Translations under genes and position numbers: made by a program
Assembly (NCBI GenBank): GCA_049510745.1
Contig: JBEKYR010000003.1
Span: forward strand, 51,640 to 115,639
Direction of reading: 5' to 3'
Origin: Verrucomicrobiota bacterium
GTDB taxonomy: Bacteria > Verrucomicrobiota > Verrucomicrobiia > Limisphaerales > Palsa-1400
DNA: 64,000 nt
Notes under the pieces: model-generated
The model's input: the letters and a program-made list of their open reading frames with translations, nothing else
Databases searched by the model: none
What the model was told of the DNA's origin: nothing
Part shown: in pieces, positions 16,901-23,892 of the stretch
Position numbering within the stretch: position 1 is the first letter of the stretch
Layout of the letters: the number at the start of each line of letters is the position of its first letter

Positions 16901-18262
16901 CTCATTACGACCGTGGCGGGCGGCGGCACCAACAACTTCGGCGATGGTGGGGCGGCGACCAATGCCTCACTACTCCAACCGTTTGGCGCGGCGGTGGATG
17001 CCTTTGGAAATCTGTTTATTGCGGATCGAAACCGAAACAACATCCGCAAAGTGGGAACCAACGGCATCATCAACACTGTGGCCGGCAGCGCCGTCGGTGT
17101 CGTCGGTTACCTCGGAGATGGCTCCCCAGCCATTGCGGCTTTGCTGGCACTGCCTTGTGGGGTGGCCGTGGATCCCTATGGCAATCTGTTCATTGCGGAT
17201 ACGTTTTTCAGCCATATCCGCAAGGTGTCTAACGTCAGCCCCTACGACATCTCGACCGTGGCGGGCGTGGCGGGCAAAATCACCAATGGCTATTCCGGCG
17301 ACGGCGTTGCGGCCACGAACACCCCCCTCAACGGACCTTATGATGTCGTGCTGGACGCCTCCGGCAGCCTGCTCATTGCCGACACATTCAACCACCGAAT
17401 TCGCAGAGTGCCAAACAACGGCCTCATCTTCACCGTCGCCGGCATCGGGACCAACAGCTACTCCGGCGACGGCGGCCCCGCCACCAATGCCGCGATCAAC
17501 ACGCCGTGCGGAGTGGCAGCGGACGCGTTGGGAAATTTCTTCATTGCGGATACGAGCAACAACTGCGTCCGCGTCGTGGACACCAACGGCATCATTACGA
17601 CCGTGGCCGGGACGGGGACGCCGGGTTTCTCCGGCGATGGCGGCGCCGCCACCAATGCCAGCCTGGCGCTTCCTCAGGGCGTGGCGGTGGATGCCTTTGG
17701 AAATTTGTTCATTGCGGACACCGGCAACAACTGCATCCGCGTCGTGGACGGCAACGGAATCATTACGACCGTGGCGGGGAATGGCACGAACGGTTTCTCC
17801 GGCGATGGCGGCGCCGCCACGAATGCCAGCCTGGACCTTCCTTCCCGCGTGGCCGTGGACGCCTATGGCAACCTGTTCATTGCGGACCTTGCCAACCGGC
17901 GCATCCGCAAAGTGAGTATCCAAACGCCCATCTTGCAGCTCAGTCAAATTGCCGCCGGCAGTGCGGGCGTTTATGACCTAGTGGTGTCCAACGCCTACGG
18001 GGCCGTCACCAGCGCGGTGGTCACGCTGACGGTGGCGCTTCCGCCGTTCAGCGCCGGCCTCAGCGCCGGGCAAGGGGTGCAATTCCAATTCAGCGGCACA
18101 GCGAATTCCAGCTACGTCTTGCAGGCGGCGACCGACCTCACGCCGCCGGTCAATTGGCAGCCGCTGGTCACCAACGCCGCCGACACCAACGGCAATTGGA
18201 CCTTCACCGACACGAACACCGCGGCCAACACGGCGCGCTTTTACCGCCTGGCGTCGCCCTGA
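13910..18262 (+). CDS. giant secreted Ig-like / NHL-repeat beta-propeller protein
   Basis: Signal peptide. 18 NHL-type blades (GDGG.AT.A.L..P.GV..D..GNLFIAD..NNRIRKV), read as three groups of six. Ig-like segments (QP....V..G..V.LTV.VSGT.PFTYQW). C-terminal domain ends RFYRLASP. Confidence 0.9.
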   Translation: MKRVPKQLAPPALCGVVFAWLAAAAAHAQTDPAITQQPADQAVVVGSQVTLTVGVSGTGPFTYQWRLNGTNLPKVITTVAGNANTGYSGDGGAATNAKLNSPAGVAIDAFGNLFIADSRNNRIRKVGTNGIITTVAGKTAPGSSGDGGAATNATLSDPSGVAADAFGNVFIADANNNRLREVGTNGIIATVAGKTSGFSGDGGAATNAQLNDPSGVAVDAAGDLFIADSVNSRIREVGTNGIINTVAGNGTNGFSGDGGAATNAKLNSPAGVAIDAFGNLFIADTGNNRIREVGTSGIITTVAGKATASYFGDGGLATNASLNRPQGVSVDAFGNVFIADTQNNRIREVATNGIITTVVGNGSSGYSGDGGNPTNTSIYAPQGLSVDAFGNLFIADTYNNRIRKAFIQGPTLQLNNMSSNTAGGYDVIVTGANGSVTSSVATVTVLLPPSITAQPQAVAAVGGSDVSLTVAVAGTAPFGYQWQFDGTNLVDNGQITGSQTNALSLSSIDLTDQGSYEVIVTNAYGSVTSSVATLTLLLPPSITTQPQGGTATNGSNVALTVAVSGTAPFTYQWRQNGANLPTVITTVAGNGASGYAGDNGPATNASLTYATSVAVDASGNLFIGDAGNCHIRKVRTNGIISTVAGNGSDFYSGDGGAATGAGLDPYCVVVDASGNLFVADMFNNRVRKIGTNGTISTVAGAGTQGFSGDGGAATSAKLRFPWCAALDASGNLFIADSGNNRIRKVTNGIINTVAGNGTNGCSGDGGLATNAALGNPEGVTVDALGNLFIADFNNNRIRKVGTNGIITTVAGGGIDYPGDGGAATNASLCNPSGVAVDAFGNLFIADGGDNRIREVTTNGVITTVAGGGIHIPGDGGAATGAALYAPSGVSVDAAGDLFIADTGNNRIREVPIPGPTLALHGVTAGNDGSYDVIVSNAYGCVTSDVAVLTVQGPPPSISVQPQDGLAVVGGTFTLTVAVSGPGPFTCQWQGNGVNLPSLITTVAGGGTNNFGDGGAATNASLLQPFGAAVDAFGNLFIADRNRNNIRKVGTNGIINTVAGSAVGVVGYLGDGSPAIAALLALPCGVAVDPYGNLFIADTFFSHIRKVSNVSPYDISTVAGVAGKITNGYSGDGVAATNTPLNGPYDVVLDASGSLLIADTFNHRIRRVPNNGLIFTVAGIGTNSYSGDGGPATNAAINTPCGVAADALGNFFIADTSNNCVRVVDTNGIITTVAGTGTPGFSGDGGAATNASLALPQGVAVDAFGNLFIADTGNNCIRVVDGNGIITTVAGNGTNGFSGDGGAATNASLDLPSRVAVDAYGNLFIADLANRRIRKVSIQTPILQLSQIAAGSAGVYDLVVSNAYGAVTSAVVTLTVALPPFSAGLSAGQGVQFQFSGTANSSYVLQAATDLTPPVNWQPLVTNAADTNGNWTFTDTNTAANTARFYRLASP

Positions 18263-18352
18263 AATCCCTCCCCTGGCCCCAATTTCGGGATCCCGCGCCG
18301 CCCGCTCATTTTTTGTGCGATTTGCGGGCCGGCGGGCATTATCTTACGAAAC

Positions 18353-20203
18353 ATGATGAGCGAGGACGCCGAATTATTGCGCCGCTACGCCACGGAACGT
18401 TCGGAGAGCGCCTTTGCCGAATTGATCCGCCGGCACGTCGATTTGGTTTATTCCGCCGCGCTGCGGCTGGTCAACGGCGACACGCATTGCGCGCAGGACT
18501 TGAGCCAGCAGGTCTTTACTGAACTGGCCCGGCGGGCCAAACCTCTGGCCCGGCATCCCGCCCTGGTCGGCTGGCTTTACACCACGACCCGGCAGATGGC
18601 CTGGCACGCGATCCGCTCGGAACAACGCCGCGCCGCCCGCGAACAAATGGCCCACACCATGAGCGAACTCCTCCGCCCACCCGCCGCCGAACCGGATTGG
18701 GAACATCTCCGCCCCGTGCTCGAAGACGCGATGCACGATCTCAATGACGCCGACCGCGTCGCCGTTCTGCTCCGCTTTTTCAAAAACAAAAGCCTCCGCC
18801 AAGTGGGGCTGGAATTGGGCTTGACCGAAAACGCCGCCCGCATGCGCGTCGAGCGCGCGCTCGAAAAACTGCGCCTTTGCCTGGCTCGCAAGGGCGTCAC
18901 TTCGACCGGCGCGGCCTTGGCGCTGGCGTTGTCCGGCAACGCGGTCAGCTCCGCCCCGGCCGGGTTGGCGGCGGCGTTGGCGGGCGCGTCGCTGGCCGGC
19001 GCGGCGTCCGAAGCTGGAACCACCCTCGGCCTGTTGAAATTTATGGTTGCGACCAAACTCAAAATCGGACTGTCCGCCCTGGCCATCGCGGGGGCGGCGG
19101 TGACGCTGGTGCTCGAACATCAAGCGTGGCTCAACGCGCGCGAGGAAAACGATTCCCTGCGCCGCCAAATCGCGCAATTGAAGGCGGACAACGACGCCCT
19201 GTCCACCCGCATGGCGCGGGCGAGCCGGGCGCGCTCTCCCCACTTGCCCGCGCCGTCCCTGAGCGCCAACGCATCCGGCGGGGCGTTGCCGGGCGCGGAT
19301 TCGCCCTCCACCAATCTGTACGCCCGCCTCGTCGAGAACCCGCCCAAAATCACCGCCGCGCAGCTCGAGGGTTATCTCAAAACAAATCACCGCAACGCCG
19401 CCAGTCTTCTGGCCGCCTATCGCGTCACGCACGACCCCGCGTTGCTGGCGGAGGCGATGCAAAAGTATCCCAACGATCCGCAGGTGGATTTCGAAGCGGC
19501 GTTCAAGAGCGACGCCACGCCCGAGGAGCGGCGCCAGTGGTTGAGCGCCTTCGAGAAGTCCGCGCCGGACAATTCCCTGGCCAATTACCTCTCGGCCCTG
19601 GATTATTTCAAATCCGGCCAGTCGGACCTGGCCGTCCAGGAGATGGTCGCCGCCTCGGGCAAGGCAGGATTTCAGGAGTACTCGACGGACCGCGTGATGG
19701 ACGACAAAGAAGCCTACCTTGCCGCCGGTTACTCGGTGGGGGAGGCGACAGTGCTGTCCTGCTCCCAATTGGAGCTGCCGCAGCTTAAGCAAGTGAGACA
19801 ATTAGGATTGGACCTCATTGATCTGTCCAAATCCTACCAGCAAGCCAGCGACAGCGCCTCCGCGCAGACCACGCTGCAAATGGCCGTCGCCCTGGGCCAG
19901 CGTTACACGACGACGGCGCCAGGCGAGGCGGAGATCAGTCAACTTGTTGGCATGGCGGTCGAGCGGTTCGCGCTCGGCGCGATGGACCCCACCGCCCCTT
20001 ACGGTGACAGCGGGCAAACCGTCCAGGATCAGCTCAATCAATTGATCCAGGAACGCGCCACGCTCAAAGAACTCAATCAACAGGCCGATCCGCTGATGCA
20101 ATCCTTGTCGGACCAGGATTGGATCAGCTACAAAGACCGCTGGATGGCCTTCGGGGAGGTGGCCGCGTTGCGGTGGCTGATTGGCAAGTACGGGCAGCAA
20201 TGA
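18353..20203 (+). CDS. ECF sigma factor fused to a TM segment and a ~350-aa C-terminal domain
   Basis: Sigma region 2 (HVDLVYSAALRLV...DLSQQVF) and region 4 (DADRVAVLLRFFKNKSLRQVGLELGLTENAARMRVERAL). These are followed by an Ala/Gly-rich hydrophobic stretch, a TM helix (IGLSALAIAGAAVTLVL), a coiled coil, and an unassigned domain. Confidence 0.85.
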   Translation: MMSEDAELLRRYATERSESAFAELIRRHVDLVYSAALRLVNGDTHCAQDLSQQVFTELARRAKPLARHPALVGWLYTTTRQMAWHAIRSEQRRAAREQMAHTMSELLRPPAAEPDWEHLRPVLEDAMHDLNDADRVAVLLRFFKNKSLRQVGLELGLTENAARMRVERALEKLRLCLARKGVTSTGAALALALSGNAVSSAPAGLAAALAGASLAGAASEAGTTLGLLKFMVATKLKIGLSALAIAGAAVTLVLEHQAWLNAREENDSLRRQIAQLKADNDALSTRMARASRARSPHLPAPSLSANASGGALPGADSPSTNLYARLVENPPKITAAQLEGYLKTNHRNAASLLAAYRVTHDPALLAEAMQKYPNDPQVDFEAAFKSDATPEERRQWLSAFEKSAPDNSLANYLSALDYFKSGQSDLAVQEMVAASGKAGFQEYSTDRVMDDKEAYLAAGYSVGEATVLSCSQLELPQLKQVRQLGLDLIDLSKSYQQASDSASAQTTLQMAVALGQRYTTTAPGEAEISQLVGMAVERFALGAMDPTAPYGDSGQTVQDQLNQLIQERATLKELNQQADPLMQSLSDQDWISYKDRWMAFGEVAALRWLIGKYGQQ

Positions 20204-20274
20204 GGGGCGCCTCCCGGTTTTTGGCAACCCTGTGGACAATGAGAGATCATGGCTGGCCGCAGGCATGCGCAAAA

Positions 20275-20363
20275 GAATGACGAATGACGAAGCACCAATG
20301 ACGAAACTCATGCGGGCCGACTTTTCGTCATTGAGTCATTTGAGCATTCGTCATTTTCCCCGG
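20275..20363. repeat. TGACGAA/TTCGTCA hairpin repeat element, copy B (inverted relative to copy A)
   Basis: The reverse complement reads CCGGGGAAAATGACGAATGCTCAAATGACTCAATGACGAAA...TTTCGTCATTGGTGCTTCGTCATTCGTCATTC, sharing blocks with 7039-7163. Confidence 0.8.
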
Positions 20364-20464
20364 TCAATTGAGGCTGGCGCTCTCGCGCATTGACGAGTGC
20401 CCAAATAGTGAGATGCGCACCACCGTATTAGGTCGCGCGGGATGGCCTTGACGGAGACTGTCGG

Positions 20465-20704
20465 TTGCGCCAAACTCAAAGCGTGAGTGTGCAAGAAATA
20501 AAGAAGAAGGTCAGCGGCGGCGGGTTCCGGCCCTTTGCGATTCGCACGACGGACGGCCAGGAGTTCGAGGTCCCGCATCCCGAATTTATCCTCATCGGGA
20601 AGTACAGCATTGCGATCCGTGACAAGCAGGGTTTCATCAACAACATTGATCCACTCCACATCGTTTCAGCCAGGGAACTCATTCGTCGCAACAGCGCCTC
20701 TTGA
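20465..20704 (+). CDS. small hypothetical protein
   Basis: 79-aa ORF, possibly starting at an internal GTG. FRPFAIRTTDGQEFEVPHPEFILIG...IDPLHIVS resembles a small uncharacterised family I have seen in PVC bacteria and cyanobacteria. Convergent with the STAND gene. Confidence 0.5.
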   Translation: MRQTQSVSVQEIKKKVSGGGFRPFAIRTTDGQEFEVPHPEFILIGKYSIAIRDKQGFINNIDPLHIVSARELIRRNSAS

Positions 20705-20719
20705 TAATCCGGCGCTGTT
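20690..20719. terminator. hairpin between convergent genes
   Basis: AACAGCGCC (20690-20698) pairs with GGCGCTGTT (20711-20719), giving a 9-bp stem and a 12-nt loop. Overlaps the small-ORF stop. No strong U-tract. Confidence 0.35.
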
Positions 20720-20732
20720 CTTCAATCTGTTC

Positions 20733-23279
20733 TTACCCTTCCTTCCTTCCCTTCCACTCCTCAAGTTGGGCGCGGACTTTGTCGGCACCAGGGATCTTGA
20801 GAACCTCGTAGATGTTCAATGCGGCTTCGGCGCGGGAAATGGCCTGAACGCGCTCGCCCACTTTGTCCAAAGCCAGCGCGGAGTTGAAAAGATTAGCAGC
20901 CTCGCCACGTCGGTTGCCAATCTCGCGGTCTATCACCAGAGCCTCGTCAAAATGCTCGATGGCCTTGCGGATTTCACCCAACTCGGCATAAGCAATGCCG
21001 ATATTGCAAAGGGCGATGCCTTCGCCGCGTCGGTCGCCGATTTCATAAGTGATGAGCAGTTGTTGCTCAAAAAACTCAATTGCGTTGAGGCCTTCGTCCA
21101 GCTTGGTATAGGCAATGCCAAGACAGCCGAGTATGTTGCCTTCGGCCTGCCGGTCGCCGATTTCACGAGTGATAATCCGTGCCCGCTGGTAAAATTCGAT
21201 AGCCTTGCGCACATCCCCCAATTTAGCGTAGGCGTTGCCAAGATTGCCGAGGGCGTTGCCCTCGCCACGCCGGTCGCCGATTTCACGAGTGATAACCAAC
21301 GATTGCTCGAAAAGCTCGACAGCCTTCTGCCGCTCGTCCAAGTTGGAGTAGGAGAGGCCAAGATTGCCGAGGGCGTTGCCTTCTCCGCGCCGGTCACCAA
21401 GCACTCGATGGATCCCCTGCGCCTGCTGGTAAAATTCAATAGCCTTGCGCACATCGCCCAATTTAGCGTAGGCGTTGCCAAGATTGCCGAGGGCGTTGGC
21501 CTCTGCCGCTCGATTTTTAGTGATCTTGGCAGCTTCACGCTGGCCCTCGCACCAACGGATGCTTTGGCCGGGATGGAAACGCAAGAGCAGCCCAGTATAA
21601 ACGACCGAGTTCACGAGCCTTACGAGCATGGCGGCTGAGGATGCGTCGCGCCGATTCGCTAGCCACTCGTATGCGGCTTCTATGTGATTGCGTTCACGAT
21701 CGAAAACTTCCAGGGCCCGGAGCAAGTTATTGCCGCCTTTAAGATAGAGTTCCTGGGCTTCCCTTCCGACCTCGGTGTAATGTTTAGCGTAACGAATCAT
21801 GGCAGCGTCCCGTTCTGCTTCGCTCAATTTTCCATCGCAAAACTGTCGCACCAAGTCATGCAGTCGAAGCCGAACTTTCGTGTCATCAATTTCCACCAGA
21901 CTCCCCTTCAAGAGCGCCTCCATGACGTCACGCGTCAATTCGGTTTTCGTTTCCCAAATCGCGGCGGCTGCCGGAAGATTAAAACCGGTCGGAAAAATGG
22001 CCAGCAAAGTCCAGCAGCGGCGCAAAGGTTCCTTCAGCAGGTCGTAACTGAGTTGAAAGGCGGCCTCCACTTTGCCGAGCTTCATTTCGTGTTTGCGGAG
22101 CCGGGCCACCAATTCTTCCACCGAATGCAGAGCTTTCTCACTGACCACGCCGGCGAAGACTTCCAGGGCCAGCGGCAGATGGCCGCAGAGGTCGGCGGCG
22201 ACGGCTTCGTGGCCTGCCAAGCGCGGCGCGAGCTTGAGCAGCAGTTCCCGCGACTCTTCGGGCGGCAGGCAATCAATGTTTCGCGTCGCCAGTCCGGGCA
22301 GCGAGAATTGGTTGCGGGAGGTGACCAGGAACAGGCAATTCGGCGGCGGCAAGAGCGGCTGGATTTGTTCGGCATTGGCGGCATTGTCCAGAAAGAGCAG
22401 CACACGCCCGGCCTCGTTGAGCACGGAGATGTAGATGGATGTCAAATCTTCCGCCGTTTCCGGCAATTTGGCTTCCGGTTGAAAGAAGTGAATGATGTTC
22501 TGCATGGCTTCAGCCGGCGGCATCGGTTTGTGGCCCGTTGGATCAAAGCCGCGCAAATTCAGGCAAATCTGGGCATCCGGGTATTGCGTCTTGAGCCGGT
22601 GGGCCAGCACTGTGGCCAGCGCCGTTTTGCCCACCCCGCCCATCCCCTGAATCCCCGCCCCCGACGCCGAGATCGCTGCGCCGATGTTGCCCTGCGCCGC
22701 CAGCGCCTTTTCCAGGTACTTCAACTCCTCTTCGCGCCCGGTGAACGCCGCCGGCGCCGCCGGCAATTGATGCAGCGCAGACAAAGACCGCTGGTCTGTT
22801 TCGGGTTTGAGGCGCAGTTTTACGTCCGCAAGCGCCTGGACAATCTTGGCTCTGAGATCATCGGGCGACTTGAACTTCTGATGTACCCGTCCTTTGCTCG
22901 CACGGGCCTTGAATTTCTTCAGTTTTCGCTGCGCTGCTTTGCCGACCTCAACGTCGCCTCCCTTCACCGGGTGATCGTCGTCCATGATGAAGACAAGGAT
23001 CGTCTTTCCTCCCTCAACGGCCCGATTGAACTCCATTTCGGTTATCGAAATATCGCTGCCGTCCGGCACCCAGCCATATCGCCAGGCATAAATGCCGATG
23101 TATATATCCGCCTCATCGACCATTTCCAGCGAAGCGGCAACGCCCGACGCATCCCGCGCCGGAAGATGCTCCATGCCAATCGGGTGGAGGCCTGTGCTCA
23201 AGCAGGCTTCGATGGCCTGCTTTCGGTGCTCAGGCAGATCGACCGCCGTGCTGCTGATCATGGCCTTTAAGATGCTCAT
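20733..23279 (-). CDS. STAND NTPase: DUF4062-like N-terminal domain, NB-ARC ATPase, TPR array
   Basis: N-terminus ISSTAVDLPEHRKQAIEACL..GLHPIGMEHLP...ADIYIGIYAWRYGWVP...SITEMEFNRAVEGGKTILVFI. Walker A GMGGVGKT, then LLFLDNA, LVTSR and GHLPLAL. Six 40-aa TPR pairs at the C-terminus. Confidence 0.9.
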   Translation of the reverse strand: MSILKAMISSTAVDLPEHRKQAIEACLSTGLHPIGMEHLPARDASGVAASLEMVDEADIYIGIYAWRYGWVPDGSDISITEMEFNRAVEGGKTILVFIMDDDHPVKGGDVEVGKAAQRKLKKFKARASKGRVHQKFKSPDDLRAKIVQALADVKLRLKPETDQRSLSALHQLPAAPAAFTGREEELKYLEKALAAQGNIGAAISASGAGIQGMGGVGKTALATVLAHRLKTQYPDAQICLNLRGFDPTGHKPMPPAEAMQNIIHFFQPEAKLPETAEDLTSIYISVLNEAGRVLLFLDNAANAEQIQPLLPPPNCLFLVTSRNQFSLPGLATRNIDCLPPEESRELLLKLAPRLAGHEAVAADLCGHLPLALEVFAGVVSEKALHSVEELVARLRKHEMKLGKVEAAFQLSYDLLKEPLRRCWTLLAIFPTGFNLPAAAAIWETKTELTRDVMEALLKGSLVEIDDTKVRLRLHDLVRQFCDGKLSEAERDAAMIRYAKHYTEVGREAQELYLKGGNNLLRALEVFDRERNHIEAAYEWLANRRDASSAAMLVRLVNSVVYTGLLLRFHPGQSIRWCEGQREAAKITKNRAAEANALGNLGNAYAKLGDVRKAIEFYQQAQGIHRVLGDRRGEGNALGNLGLSYSNLDERQKAVELFEQSLVITREIGDRRGEGNALGNLGNAYAKLGDVRKAIEFYQRARIITREIGDRQAEGNILGCLGIAYTKLDEGLNAIEFFEQQLLITYEIGDRRGEGIALCNIGIAYAELGEIRKAIEHFDEALVIDREIGNRRGEAANLFNSALALDKVGERVQAISRAEAALNIYEVLKIPGADKVRAQLEEWKGRKEG

Positions 23280-23415
23280 CGCTCACCCAAAACGAGCCTA
23301 CACAGGAAAATCCTGTTTGACAAGCGCAGCCTGACAGTATCGGCAATTTCGGGCGCATTTCAGGCATGGGGTTCAGTGCGCTTGCGTAATTTTTGAAAGG
23401 GAGGATAATGCGGGC

Positions 23416-23625
23416 ATGAAGAATTATACGGCCGTTGTCGAACGCGACCAGGACACCGGGCTGCTTGTGGGCTACGTGCCAGGGTTTCCCGGCGCGCATT
23501 CGCAGGCAGAGTCGCTCGACGAACTCCAGGCCAACCTTCGCGAAGTGATCGCCATGCTGTTGGAGGACGGCGAACCGCGGCTGGAAGCAGAATTCGTCGG
23601 CACCCAAAGCATTGCCGTGGCCTGA
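23416..23625 (+). CDS. hicB: HicB-family antitoxin (short form, no DNA-binding domain)
   Basis: YTAVVERDQDTGLLVGYVPGFPGAHSQAESLDELQANLREVI is the HicB/UPF0150 fold signature. GGGAGG Shine-Dalgarno sequence upstream. Confidence 0.8.
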   Translation: MKNYTAVVERDQDTGLLVGYVPGFPGAHSQAESLDELQANLREVIAMLLEDGEPRLEAEFVGTQSIAVA

Positions 23626-23627
23626 GT

Positions 23628-23852
23628 ATGGGTTCCGTGCCGGTCCTCAAGCCCGCCGAGGTCTGCCGCTTGCTCGAAAGGCTGGGTTTCAACGCCGTGC
23701 GTCAGCGCGGTTCGCACATCCAATACCGCCATGCCGACGGACGCGGCACCACCGTTCCGATGCACAAAGGGCGCGACATTGCACCGTCGCTGCTGCGGCA
23801 GATTGCCCGGGACATCGGGCTGAGAGTCGAAGAGCTTCTCCAAAACCGTTGA
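23628..23852 (+). CDS. hicA: HicA-family mRNA interferase toxin
   Basis: LKPAEVCRLLERLGFNAVRQRGSHIQYRH...TTVPMHKGRDIAPSLLRQIARDIG matches the HicA (YcfA-like) pattern. Separated from hicB by a 2-nt gap. Confidence 0.8.
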   Translation: MGSVPVLKPAEVCRLLERLGFNAVRQRGSHIQYRHADGRGTTVPMHKGRDIAPSLLRQIARDIGLRVEELLQNR

Positions 23853-23892
23853 CCGCCCCAGGGCAGCGCCGACAATGAAGGAGGCGCGCGGT

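Noticed and set aside
20790-21660. Regular ~120-bp direct repeats that could be mistaken for a CRISPR-like or satellite array. The same applies to the ~165-bp periodicity across 14100-17900.
   Set aside because: Both are in-frame coding repeats: TPR pairs of the STAND protein and NHL blades of the giant protein. They have no spacer/repeat alternation.
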